64,000 nt of DNA from Bdellovibrionota bacterium. Lineage in GTDB: Bacteria > Bdellovibrionota_G > JALEGL01 > DATDPG01. Positions within the stretch are counted from its first letter, which is position 1, and every line of letters starts with the position of its first letter. Position numbers and translations under genes: made by a program. Positions 31,039-41,118 of the stretch are shown piece after piece. The stretch is taken from the NCBI GenBank assembly GCA_963668355.1, contig OY764265.1, forward strand, positions 1,856,001 through 1,920,000, in the 5' to 3' direction. The notes beneath the pieces are model-generated. The model was not told the DNA's origin. It saw only the letters and a list, made by a program, of their open reading frames with translations, and made no database searches.

Positions 31039-33081
31039 ATGAGTCGACTCGGATGTTTGAAATCTTCGTTCCTTCTTTTGTTTTTGATGAGTTTCCCGGG
31101 ATTGGCAGATGCCCAAGGAGGTCATGAAGCAACCCAAGATGTTACACAATTGAGCATTGAAGAATTGATGGGAATGACCATCACGTCGGTTTCGAAGAAA
31201 GAGGGGAGAGCGTTCGAAGCGCCTTCTGCCTTGTATGTGTTGACTCAAGAAGACATTCGCAGATCTGGGGCGACGCATGTTGCTGAAGCTCTTCGGATGG
31301 TTCCGGGTCTGCAAGTTGCGAAGGTGGATGCTAGCACGTGGGCCATTTCTGCAAGGGGGGAGAACAGTGATTTTGCCAATAAGCTCTTGGTCTTGATCGA
31401 CGGTCGGTCGGTTTATACCCAGGCCTTCGGAGGAGTGTACTGGGATTTTCAAGGTTTGCCTTTGTATGATGTAGAGCGCATTGAGGTGATTCGGGGCCCA
31501 GGTGGAACCCTCTGGGGAGCCAACGCTGTAAACGGTGTGATCAATATCATCACCAAGCATTCCAAAGATACGCAAGGAGTTCATGCCGAAGTAGGTGGAG
31601 GTTTTGAGGATCGGGTTTTTGGTGGTGTGCGATATGGCAGTCAAATCAACGAAAAATTGAGTTATCGTTTGCATACGCAATACAAGAAGCGAGATAGCAG
31701 TGAGTTTGCGGATCCCTCACAACCTGGGCACGCCACAGATGCGTGGTGGAATTTGGGAGGGGGCCTTCGGTTGGACTGGGAGGCAGATTCGAAAAATCAC
31801 TTCTGTTTGACCAGTGATATTTCTCGATTGAAAAAAGATTTTTTACTGCAAGAACCAACTTCAACCGCTCCATTTTTGTCGTCCATTTTCGGAGAGACGA
31901 AGGGGACCAAGGGGCATGTGTTGGCTCATTGGACGCATGAATTTGCTCCAGACACCGTCTCCGACACCCAATTTTATTTTACGCGATACGATCGTACTTC
32001 TTCAGGATTGGTGGAGGAAAATTATTTCGCTCTAAGTGGGGAGGCACAGCTGAGAACCAAAATCGAAGAAGGTGTAGAGGTCACGATTGGGGGAAATTAT
32101 CGTTATACCTCTTTGGATGGCTTCAACAATGGAACGTTTGTGGTGATCGATCCCACAGAGTATTCGCTTCATCTCGGCGGTGGATTCATTCATGGAGAGT
32201 TTCATCTGATCCCGGATCAATTGAGGTTTTTTGCCGGAGTGAAAGTGGATCACAATAGTTTTACAGGGTTTGAGATCCAACCCAGCGCCAAGCTGCTATG
32301 GGTCCCCAATCCTAAACACGCCCTTTGGGTTTCTGTGGCCAAAGCCGTTCGGACGCCTTCGGTTGTGGATACAGGGGTTCGCTACCTTGTCGGGGTTGAT
32401 ACGGGTCCCCCTGTGACACTGATTCGATTGAATGGGTCTTCTGCTTTCGAGTCCGAAAACCTTTGGGCATACGAATTGGGCTATCGGATTCAACCGTATG
32501 CGGATCTGTCATTGGATTTTGCCGGTTTTTACAATCAGTATGGAGATATGGAGACGGCCGAATTTGGATCGGTTGGTTTTGATTCCGATCTGGGTGCGGT
32601 GGTTCAAGAAACGAACTATTCCAATCTTGGAGAGTATCGTTCCTATGGCGTTGAGTTTTCCGGCGCCTGGGCTTTGTTTGATTTTTGGAAGTTGAATCTG
32701 GGATATTCTTTTTTGAAAATTGATGCAGACTTGAATTCGAACTTAACGGCTTCGATCTTGATCAACGAAGCCGTCAATCGATATCCAATGCACCAAATTC
32801 AACTCAGATCATATTTGGACCTGCCCTTCAATCTTGAGCTGGATACGGCCTTTTTCTTTGTGGATGAGTTGAGGGTTCATGACGCCTCGGATGCGAATGC
32901 CGACTTCAGTAAATATCTTCGGGCAGACATCCGCCTTGGGTGGAGGCCCATGAAGAATCTAGATGTTTCCCTCGTTGGACAGAATCTCATTCACGAACAT
33001 CAAGAATTTCCATCTCTGTTGAGGGTTTCTCAGCAGAAGCTCGAACGAAACTTTTTTGGAAAGCTTACGTATGAATTCTAA
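31039..33081 (+). CDS. TonB-dependent receptor
   Basis: LSIEELM, LVLIDGR, ERIEVIRGPGGTLWGANAVNGVINIITK plug; C-terminal YEF. Confidence 0.95.
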   Translation: MSRLGCLKSSFLLLFLMSFPGLADAQGGHEATQDVTQLSIEELMGMTITSVSKKEGRAFEAPSALYVLTQEDIRRSGATHVAEALRMVPGLQVAKVDASTWAISARGENSDFANKLLVLIDGRSVYTQAFGGVYWDFQGLPLYDVERIEVIRGPGGTLWGANAVNGVINIITKHSKDTQGVHAEVGGGFEDRVFGGVRYGSQINEKLSYRLHTQYKKRDSSEFADPSQPGHATDAWWNLGGGLRLDWEADSKNHFCLTSDISRLKKDFLLQEPTSTAPFLSSIFGETKGTKGHVLAHWTHEFAPDTVSDTQFYFTRYDRTSSGLVEENYFALSGEAQLRTKIEEGVEVTIGGNYRYTSLDGFNNGTFVVIDPTEYSLHLGGGFIHGEFHLIPDQLRFFAGVKVDHNSFTGFEIQPSAKLLWVPNPKHALWVSVAKAVRTPSVVDTGVRYLVGVDTGPPVTLIRLNGSSAFESENLWAYELGYRIQPYADLSLDFAGFYNQYGDMETAEFGSVGFDSDLGAVVQETNYSNLGEYRSYGVEFSGAWALFDFWKLNLGYSFLKIDADLNSNLTASILINEAVNRYPMHQIQLRSYLDLPFNLELDTAFFFVDELRVHDASDANADFSKYLRADIRLGWRPMKNLDVSLVGQNLIHEHQEFPSLLRVSQQKLERNFFGKLTYEF

Positions 33082-33667
33082 ACAACGCATAGGGTTGGGA
33101 AAATTATTTTTCTTCTCTATTGTGCTTCTCTGGTCGGGTTTTTCTCAGGCTCAAACTGAAATCTCGGTGGACCAAAGGGCACTGCTGATGATGAAAGTTT
33201 TGGGATATGACCAAAGTCTTTTCTCCAAAGTCAGTTCGATTAAGGGCGTTGTCAATATAGGGGTTTTGGCGAGAAGAGAAAACGCCAATTCGCTGGAATG
33301 TCAGAAAGAAATGCTTTCGAGTCTAAAAAGGTTGGGGAAGAAATTTAGTATTGGAAATCACCTCGTTCTTGGAAAGGCAGTCGGTTTTGAGACCGGGTTG
33401 GAAAAAATTTTCAAAAAGTCCGGCCTTCAGGCCTTGTTTATCTGCCCGGAACTTACCGAGGAACTTCCCGTCATCTTGTTGGCGACACGATCTCAAAACG
33501 TTTTATCTTTGTCAGATCGGGATCAAGATGTCGAAGCGGGTGTAAGCGTTGGGTTGTTATGGGATGGAAAGAAGCCTTTGATCAAAGTGAATTTGAAGTC
33601 ATCGAGGCAGGAAGGTGCCAAATTATCCTCTTCCCTGTTGCAAATTGCGCAAGTTGTCAATCGCTGA
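33071..33667 (+). CDS. YfiR/DUF4154-family periplasmic protein
   Basis: Signal peptide; C-terminal VNLKSSRQEGAKLSSSLLQIA signature; overlaps the receptor stop. Confidence 0.85.
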   Translation: MNSKQRIGLGKLFFFSIVLLWSGFSQAQTEISVDQRALLMMKVLGYDQSLFSKVSSIKGVVNIGVLARRENANSLECQKEMLSSLKRLGKKFSIGNHLVLGKAVGFETGLEKIFKKSGLQALFICPELTEELPVILLATRSQNVLSLSDRDQDVEAGVSVGLLWDGKKPLIKVNLKSSRQEGAKLSSSLLQIAQVVNR

Positions 33668-33668
33668 T

Positions 33669-36029
33669 TCAAAGAGAAGACAAAAACTCCATGAGTTGAG
33701 TCTTGTCTGTGGCCGAGAGGCCTTCAAAGGTTTCTTTCGCGGTCCTAGCTTCTCCCTCATGTCTTAAAATTGCTTCTTCCAACGAAGTTGACATTCCGTC
33801 GTGCATGAACGGAGCAGTATGAGAAATCCCCCAGAGGGGTGGGGTGCGAAACTCTTTCTGCGTGGCTTCTCCTGACTCAATTCCCTTAAAACTCTCGGCC
33901 GCAACGTCGTGCAAAAGAAAGTCGCTATACGGAAAAATTCGTTTTCCAGAGGGAAGGTCAAAAAAGGGTGTGTGACATTTTTGGCATCCTGTTTCCGAAA
34001 AAACTTCCGCACCGCGATGGCTCTGAAGGGAGGAGCGATCTTGGGGTGGTGGAGACAAATGCTTTAAAAAGAAGCTCACTTGTTCGAATTCATCCGAAGA
34101 AATTTCTGGATCCACGGCGTTGTCCCCATCCGATGTTTCTCCAAATGTATGTGCCGAGCTGAGTGGAAGCGTGAGCCCCATCTCGTTGGAAAAAGCGTCT
34201 CTTATAAACTCTTCTGTCGAGGGAATATCCGCTTTCCAACCAAATCGTCCCAGCCGGTCATCTTCCAGAATATGAGCCTTTCCACTAATGCCATCCGAGT
34301 TTTCATCGTTGGGGTCGGCCAACGCGAGGATATCGTTTCTCGGAATTTGTTCGATCAGTCCCAAACCGAACAAAGGAGGCGTTTGTCGATGCTCAAAATG
34401 ATTCGAAAGGGGATCAGGTTCTGGCCGTTGGTCTAAAGCTGCTAAGAACTTATGGAGGATCGTTCCATTGGTAGGTGGTGTGAAATCTCCCTCTTCGTCA
34501 ATCATTCCTTGGCGAAAGACGTTGACATCTGCGGGACCGGCCCCTCCAAGAACGGGTAAAAAGTGACAGGCACGACAGGAATCTCCATTGAATTTTTCTC
34601 CCAGACCTTCCTGGAAAAGAAAATCCCGGTCAAAGAGATCTCGTCCCTTTCGAAAGAGAGTTTGTTCGGCTGAAGTAAGTTCACGATCCGGAGATCCCCA
34701 TTCGTTTTCCTCTGGGATTTCTTGGTTGGGAGGAAGGAGCCCTTCTGTTTTTTGAGAAGCTCCTCCGAGAGATTCCAAGAACAAAACCAAATTGTGTCGT
34801 TGGGTTTCCGTCAAATTTTCATAGTTATTCTTGGCCGTGAGAGCTTCACCCCCGTGAAAGCGAATGGCTTCGTCGAGGGTGTCTGCTCGGCCATCATGGA
34901 GATAGGGGCCCACAACGCCGATTCCCCATAGGGGTTGTGTGCGAAACTCACTGGAGGTGGCCAATCCAAATTCCAATCCATCTTGAAGATCGGGTCCCAT
35001 GTCATGAAGGAGTAGGTCGCTGTATAGAGGAATCGGTCCCAAAGGAGATCGCAATGACTGGATGTGGCAGGAAGTGCATCCGATTTCGGAAAACCAAAAA
35101 GCTCCGTCGGAGGTGGTCTCGGTAAGAGGGTCAGGCTTGGGGACTGCCAATAGGTGAGACATGGTGACCAAATTCAAAAGATCGTTGTTGGTCATTTCAG
35201 GGTCAGGAATGTCGTCTTCGTCTGGAACGACCCGTCCGAAAAAGGGTCCTTGGGCCAAGGCAAGTGGAAATGAAAAGATTTTTCCGAACCACGCAACCAA
35301 CGTTTCTGTTGTGGTCTCTTGGGGGACAAAGGGCAAATGTTTTCGTTGGGATATGGTCAGCGGGGATGTAGTGACTCCCAAATGGTTTCGAAGAGGTCCT
35401 CGAATAAAACTTTCAATGGAATGAGTTTGAGCCTTTCTTCCGAATCGCCCGATGGCTTCTCGAGGTCCAGGTGCTGGCGCTCGAATGAGATTGACCCGCC
35501 CGCTGATTCCATTTCCGTCCTCGTCCTCTTCATCCACATTCTCCAAAATGGCCTCTTCTTCGATTTGTGAAATGAGTCCCGCGCCATAAAATGGAATCGG
35601 ATTTCGAGTCGCGATGATATTGGCTTCTTCTTCCGTCGGAACGCGGCCCTCTTCATAGATAGAGTAATGGCGTTGAACGCCTCCTTCTCCAAGAAACTCA
35701 AAAGATCCATCTTCTCCCTTATGAGCGACAATGAGAAAGTTCCGATACCGACCGGCTCCTCCTCCAATGGTTGGTTTCTCATGACAGGCGCCACAGAATG
35801 TGACGGTAAAGTGGGGTCCGGCTCCCTGGCCTTGGACCACTTGTTTTTGAGCCACAATTAAGCCTTGTTCAAACTGTACTAGCTGCTCGTCGGAAGCCAA
35901 TGGAAGAGGCTCGCCCAGATTCGCATAGATCTGGTCCTCCACAGGACTTGTGCAGGCGGTGATCGCATATGAAGCGAAGAATATTAGGCAGATCCAAGTT
36001 TTTTTGGGGAGAGGGGGGATGAAATTCAC
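33669..36029 (-). CDS. Tandem di-haem oxidoreductase (DHOR) family lipoprotein, 4 CxxCH
   Basis: Lipobox ITAC; two homologous halves each with D-DG-SG, GRFGxKA, YSDxxLHD, FRTxPLWG, HDG; start uncertain (36029 or 36092). Confidence 0.88.
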   Translation of the reverse strand: MNFIPPLPKKTWICLIFFASYAITACTSPVEDQIYANLGEPLPLASDEQLVQFEQGLIVAQKQVVQGQGAGPHFTVTFCGACHEKPTIGGGAGRYRNFLIVAHKGEDGSFEFLGEGGVQRHYSIYEEGRVPTEEEANIIATRNPIPFYGAGLISQIEEEAILENVDEEDEDGNGISGRVNLIRAPAPGPREAIGRFGRKAQTHSIESFIRGPLRNHLGVTTSPLTISQRKHLPFVPQETTTETLVAWFGKIFSFPLALAQGPFFGRVVPDEDDIPDPEMTNNDLLNLVTMSHLLAVPKPDPLTETTSDGAFWFSEIGCTSCHIQSLRSPLGPIPLYSDLLLHDMGPDLQDGLEFGLATSSEFRTQPLWGIGVVGPYLHDGRADTLDEAIRFHGGEALTAKNNYENLTETQRHNLVLFLESLGGASQKTEGLLPPNQEIPEENEWGSPDRELTSAEQTLFRKGRDLFDRDFLFQEGLGEKFNGDSCRACHFLPVLGGAGPADVNVFRQGMIDEEGDFTPPTNGTILHKFLAALDQRPEPDPLSNHFEHRQTPPLFGLGLIEQIPRNDILALADPNDENSDGISGKAHILEDDRLGRFGWKADIPSTEEFIRDAFSNEMGLTLPLSSAHTFGETSDGDNAVDPEISSDEFEQVSFFLKHLSPPPQDRSSLQSHRGAEVFSETGCQKCHTPFFDLPSGKRIFPYSDFLLHDVAAESFKGIESGEATQKEFRTPPLWGISHTAPFMHDGMSTSLEEAILRHEGEARTAKETFEGLSATDKTQLMEFLSSL

Positions 36030-36245
36030 AATTTGATGATTTATATCATAAAAAACACGGACTTCGCGAGATTTGTCGCTTGAGGGGGACAAAAATCGTG
36101 AGTTTGAACCAGGAGTAGGAAAGATGTCTCTGAAAGGATTGTGCGTAGCGGGTCTTCGGAGATGCCATCTTTATTAAGATTTTTTTAGACATTTTTGATA
36201 TGAACGCCCGCTCGCAGATGGTTCATCCTTGAATTTTTTGAAAGT

Positions 36246-38207
36246 GTGAAAGTCGTGGCAAATGGATTATTGGAAAAGATTAGCGGTCCAGCGGATCTAA
36301 AAAAACTTTCGATTGAACAGCTCTCTGATTTGGCGCAGGAGTTGCGCGAAGCCATTTGCAAACAGGTTTCGACTTCCGGGGGTCACTTGGCTCCGAACTT
36401 GGGTGTTGTTGAGCTAACCATCGCTCTGCACTACGTATTCGACTTTGCTCATGATCGGTTGCTTTTTGATGTGGGACACCAGTGTTATACCCATAAACTT
36501 CTTACCGGGCGGCAACCGCTTTTATCCAAATTACGTCAGAAGAATGGAATGGCGGGCTTTCCGGAACCCCGAGAGTCACATTATGACTTGTTCAGCGTGG
36601 GACATGCCGGGACTTCCGTGGCTACGGGGGTTGGAATGGCCCGAGCCGACAGCTTGATGGGGCAAGGAGATCGCTGTGTCGTAAGTTTGGTTGGTGATTC
36701 GTCCATCGTGAATGGTGTTTCATTGGAAGGCTTGAATAATGCGGGAACGCTTAACCGTCAGTTTTTGGTCGTCCTCAATGACAACGGGATGTCCATTGCC
36801 AAACCGGAAGGTGCCGTTTCCAAGTATCTTGATCAAGTCCGTGTGAATAAAGCGTTCGGGGACCTCAAAAAGAACACCAAACGTCTTTTGAGTGAAATTC
36901 CCATGGGGAATCAATTGGAACGCTTATATGAGAGGGCAGGTGGAGCTATTCGAGGCGCGTTGCATCCTCACCATTTGTTCAGTGAATTTGGTTTGGTCTG
37001 TGTGGGACCTATGGATGGTCACGACCTTCCGGCGTTGATTCAGATGTTTGAACAAGCCAAGAACTTTGATCGTCCTTTGCTGATTCATTGCAAGACCATT
37101 AAAGGAAAGGGATTTGACTTCAGTACGAAAGATCCCACGACGTTTCACTCCCCAAGTCCGTTTGAGGTTGAGCGAGGAAAAGTCGAATGGAAAAAGAAGG
37201 GTCGCTCTTTCACCGCGGCATTTGGAGATGCCCTGACCAGTACCATGCAAAAGGACGAGAGAGTCGTGGCTGTAACGGCAGCCATGCCGGATGGTACAGG
37301 CCTGTCGAAAGTTTCTCCTCACTTTCCCAAACGCGTATTTGATACCGGTTTGTGTGAGAGTCACGCCATGGACATGTGTGCCGGAATGGCAAAGGTTGGC
37401 ATTAAACCATTTTTTGCCGTGTACTCGACGTTTGTCCAAAGAGCCTTGGATCAAGTGTTTCAAGAAGTGGCGCTACAAAGTCTTCCGGTTCGTGTATGTC
37501 TGGATCGAGCAGGTTATGTGGGCAGTGATGGCGCCGTTCATCATGGTTTTATGGACTTGAACCTGTTTAAACCTTTTCCGGGAATCGTGATGCTGGCCCC
37601 AAGTGATGAGCCCAATCTCATTGCGGCATTGGAGTTTATGCGCATGTACGATTCGGGAGCCTCGTTTATGAGGTATCCCCGAGACGAGGTGCCCAGTCAT
37701 CCAATTTCAGAAGACGTTCCACCCTTCCAATTGGGTAAAGCCCATTTGGTCCGTCGGGCGAGTTCGGAAAAGCCAGATTTAGCCATTCTGGCGTATGGAA
37801 CCGAAGTTTATGAAGCGTTGAAAGCCCTACAGAATATGGGGTCTGAAGCCTCAAATGTGGCTTTGTATGACGCTCGGTTTGCCAAACCCATTGATGTCGA
37901 TCTCGTTACACGATTGGTGCGGAGTGAAACCCCCATTCTCACGATTGAAGAGAATATGGTTTCGGGGGGATTTGGCAGCTCGGTCTTGGAAGCCTTAAAT
38001 TCTCGAAATCTGCCAACCAATTCCGTTCATTTGATGGGAATGCCTGAGCGATGGGTGTATCAAAACAGTCGCGCAGGACAATTGGCGGAAGTGGGACTGG
38101 ATGCAGCAGGAATTGAACAAAAAGTTCGCTCCCTTATGGTTCAAATTCAACGCCCTCGGCGAAAACAAGTCAAAAGAGATTTTCGAGTTATCGAAGCGCA
38201 AAGCTAG
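36246..38207 (+). CDS. dxs: 1-deoxy-D-xylulose-5-phosphate synthase
   Basis: GGHLAPNLGVVEL, DVGHQCY, GD...LNDN TPP motif, YSTFVQR, DRAG, DGAVH. Confidence 0.97.
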   Translation: MKVVANGLLEKISGPADLKKLSIEQLSDLAQELREAICKQVSTSGGHLAPNLGVVELTIALHYVFDFAHDRLLFDVGHQCYTHKLLTGRQPLLSKLRQKNGMAGFPEPRESHYDLFSVGHAGTSVATGVGMARADSLMGQGDRCVVSLVGDSSIVNGVSLEGLNNAGTLNRQFLVVLNDNGMSIAKPEGAVSKYLDQVRVNKAFGDLKKNTKRLLSEIPMGNQLERLYERAGGAIRGALHPHHLFSEFGLVCVGPMDGHDLPALIQMFEQAKNFDRPLLIHCKTIKGKGFDFSTKDPTTFHSPSPFEVERGKVEWKKKGRSFTAAFGDALTSTMQKDERVVAVTAAMPDGTGLSKVSPHFPKRVFDTGLCESHAMDMCAGMAKVGIKPFFAVYSTFVQRALDQVFQEVALQSLPVRVCLDRAGYVGSDGAVHHGFMDLNLFKPFPGIVMLAPSDEPNLIAALEFMRMYDSGASFMRYPRDEVPSHPISEDVPPFQLGKAHLVRRASSEKPDLAILAYGTEVYEALKALQNMGSEASNVALYDARFAKPIDVDLVTRLVRSETPILTIEENMVSGGFGSSVLEALNSRNLPTNSVHLMGMPERWVYQNSRAGQLAEVGLDAAGIEQKVRSLMVQIQRPRRKQVKRDFRVIEAQS

Positions 38208-38254
38208 TTTTTCTTTAGAGAACCCGTTAGGTTCTTAAGAAGGTTCGCTCATTC

Positions 38255-39652
38255 ATGACTTCTCGGCAATCCACATGGTTAATGATCGTCGTTTTGGTCG
38301 CATGTGCCGTTGTTCTTTTTTTGAAGGCTGACCGAGGAGCTCTGCATAACAGCGACGATGCTCACTATGCGGAAGTTATTCGCAATGTATCCGAAGGGCA
38401 CTGGTTTCCTTTAAAATTTGGGAAGAATGATTTTGTTGCCAAACCCCCACTTCCTTTTTGGGTTGGAGGTGTTTTTGTACACATTTTTGGGGATGCAGAA
38501 TTTTCCTATCGTTTGTTGTCCTTGCTTTCGTCCATTGCTATCTTGATTTTGCTGACTCTTCTGCTTTGGAGCCAATCCAAATGGGCGTCGATTCTCTTTT
38601 CAGTTTTATTAATGGGATGCTCTCTTTTTTCACTGCATTCGAGGCGGGTTTTGTTGGATCTTCCACTCGTGGCTTGTGTAGGCGGAATGTTGTACTTCGG
38701 CTTCAAAAGAAAGTGGTTGGCTTTTTGGGTTTTTGCCTTGGTGGGGTGGTGGACCAAAGAGTATCTCGTGCTTCCTGCCATTTTTGGAGTGGGTCTGTTT
38801 TACGTTTTGGAAGATCGAAGTCCATTCACGAAGAAAAGGTTTTGGCTGGGAACGTTTCTGTTTTGTTTGGGCATTTTGCTTCTACATGAAATGCGTCTTG
38901 AAACCACCGGCACTTCAAACTTATCTCTGAATTCAATTCAGTCGAATGTTCTTTCAGCTCAAAACATTCCGAATGTTTATGCGAATGCTGTGCTCGCGGA
39001 TACCTGGGCTTTTTTTCTGGTATTTCCAGCGTTAATTTGGGGGTTGCTGGGGCGATCGAAACCTCCAAAACTTCTTTCTTTTGTCGTCATTTCCTACGGA
39101 TTGGCTCTGTGGCTCACAAAAACCCAGCTTCCTCACTATCTCCTGCCCGTTTATGTGCTTGGATTGGCCTTGGTGGCTCTTTTTTCTGTGGAAGTTGTCA
39201 GGCTTCTTCCGAGGGGAAGGAGAGTTGTTTCCCTCCTTTTTTTGTCGGCCTTGAGCTTCCAGGTTTGGACGATCAACGCCTTTCGTTTTTCATCAAGTGA
39301 CCTTGAGTGGCGTTCAGGATCGGCGACCAAAGCCTTGGCCCTGGGGGTTCGAAATAAATTGGATGAAAAAGAAAAACTGTGCGTTGTGGATACGTACTTC
39401 CCCGGATTTCTGTTCTACAGTCATCGAAGAACAGTTGGAATGTATACGAGTGAGAGGGCTTATCATGCCATTTCGGCGGTAAGGGAGTTTGAGGGGATGA
39501 TCTTTCAAACTCGTCGAGACGAGTTGATTTCAACCATGCGCACCCAATGCAGTGGATGGGTGATTGGTCCCGAAAAACTATTGCGACAATTTCAATCTCA
39601 ATTGGAGATCGAAAGCCGATCAGGTCCTCTAGCATTGGCTTTTCTGAGATGA
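38255..39652 (+). CDS. ArnT/GT83-like GT-C glycosyltransferase
   Basis: SDDAHYA loop after TM1, KPPLPFW, TK motif, many TMs. Confidence 0.8.
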   Translation: MTSRQSTWLMIVVLVACAVVLFLKADRGALHNSDDAHYAEVIRNVSEGHWFPLKFGKNDFVAKPPLPFWVGGVFVHIFGDAEFSYRLLSLLSSIAILILLTLLLWSQSKWASILFSVLLMGCSLFSLHSRRVLLDLPLVACVGGMLYFGFKRKWLAFWVFALVGWWTKEYLVLPAIFGVGLFYVLEDRSPFTKKRFWLGTFLFCLGILLLHEMRLETTGTSNLSLNSIQSNVLSAQNIPNVYANAVLADTWAFFLVFPALIWGLLGRSKPPKLLSFVVISYGLALWLTKTQLPHYLLPVYVLGLALVALFSVEVVRLLPRGRRVVSLLFLSALSFQVWTINAFRFSSSDLEWRSGSATKALALGVRNKLDEKEKLCVVDTYFPGFLFYSHRRTVGMYTSERAYHAISAVREFEGMIFQTRRDELISTMRTQCSGWVIGPEKLLRQFQSQLEIESRSGPLALAFLR

Positions 39653-41118
39653 ACGCGAATTCACAAATGTCCATTCGATACCTGGAAGCTTTTGTCCTCG
39701 CGTTGTTCTTTGGGTGCGTTTTCCTTGTTTCCCTTCTTCCCATTTCTTCCAATGATTTTTGGTGGAATTTGAAAGTCGGCGAATGGATTTGGCAAAATCA
39801 ACGATTGCTAGAGTCAGATGTGTTTTCCCATACGATCCAAGGTGCAGCCTGGGTAAATCATGAAGTCGGAAGCCAACTCCTTTTGTATGTATTGTATCGT
39901 CTTGGAGGGTTGGATGGCGTTCGCATATTTGTGGCCTATGGAGCGGTTTTCATTGCGATGGTGGTGTTCTTGGGAGTTGGGGGGAGAAAAAGTCGCTTGT
40001 TTGGTCTTTTGTTTGCGGCTTTGGCGGTTTTTCTGGCCTTTCCAAGATTGTCCCCCAGACCCTCTTTGTTGAATGTGTTGTTTCTCCCGATATTGCCATG
40101 GCTTTGGAGTTGGGTTTCTTCGAACTTTCAACGAAGAAGAGTGTTTTTGCTCTTCTTCATTCATTTGGTTTGGATAAACTTTCATCCAGAAGGCTTGATC
40201 GCAATATTTTTTACCAGTGGATACTTCTGTGTAGAGGGAATATATTCTTCGAACCGGCGAAAAAAATATCTACTTTTGTCGGCCTTCCTCCCTCTCCTGG
40301 CCTTATGTCAGCCACACGGGTGGCACCTGTTGAACCTGATTCTTTCCGATACCCAGGAAAGCATGGGGAGGATTCATGAATGGAGGCCTACGCTCTCGGC
40401 CTTCTTGTGGAGTGGAAATTGGCGTGTGCTAGGTTCTCTGGGATTCGGACTTGGATTCATCCTTCTTTCCCTGTTTCAAAATAGAAACAAGTTTCCTTGG
40501 AGTGAAAGGCTTGTAGCGATTGCGGCATTCATTCTGGCATTGACCGCGGCTCGGGAAGTGGCTTGGGGTATTCTTTCTCTTGTGATTGTGGGGCGGAGGT
40601 TTGGACCCATCTATGGTCAGATGTTTGGCAAGCCCATGTTAAGAGGGGGGGTGGTTCTTTTGGTTTTTGCCTGTCTCCCCTGGAAAAACTTTTCCATAAA
40701 TTCTTGGGCTACATCCGTGAGAGAGGACCGTTTCCCCATACAACAGGTGGAATTTATGAAAGAAAGCCACTTAGAAGGAAACCTCTTCAATTTTTATGAT
40801 AATGGCGGATACGTCCTTTTTCATCTCTACCCAAAATGTAAAGTGTTCATCGACTCCAGAAACAATCCTTATCCCAGGAAGATAAAATACGACCACGACC
40901 TCATTCTAAGGGGTGGTTCTAATGCTCAGAAATTGCTTGATCAATATGCGATTGACCTTCTTCTCATACGAGCCAACTATTTTTCTGATCCACAAAATAA
41001 CCCTCACTGGCTGCGTATTTTTTCGGATGGTCAATATGATGTTTATTTACGAAAAAACGTTCATAACCTCGAAAATTTAGAGAAAGTGAAGAAGTATTAC
41101 GTGGAGAGGGCTTCGTGA
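39649..41118 (+). CDS. GT-C-like polytopic membrane protein
   Basis: NDFWWNLKVGEWI...FSHT...WVNHE, WINFH, IHEW, VFIDSR; ATGA overlap with the upstream gene. Confidence 0.7.
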   Translation: MNANSQMSIRYLEAFVLALFFGCVFLVSLLPISSNDFWWNLKVGEWIWQNQRLLESDVFSHTIQGAAWVNHEVGSQLLLYVLYRLGGLDGVRIFVAYGAVFIAMVVFLGVGGRKSRLFGLLFAALAVFLAFPRLSPRPSLLNVLFLPILPWLWSWVSSNFQRRRVFLLFFIHLVWINFHPEGLIAIFFTSGYFCVEGIYSSNRRKKYLLLSAFLPLLALCQPHGWHLLNLILSDTQESMGRIHEWRPTLSAFLWSGNWRVLGSLGFGLGFILLSLFQNRNKFPWSERLVAIAAFILALTAAREVAWGILSLVIVGRRFGPIYGQMFGKPMLRGGVVLLVFACLPWKNFSINSWATSVREDRFPIQQVEFMKESHLEGNLFNFYDNGGYVLFHLYPKCKVFIDSRNNPYPRKIKYDHDLILRGGSNAQKLLDQYAIDLLLIRANYFSDPQNNPHWLRIFSDGQYDVYLRKNVHNLENLEKVKKYYVERAS

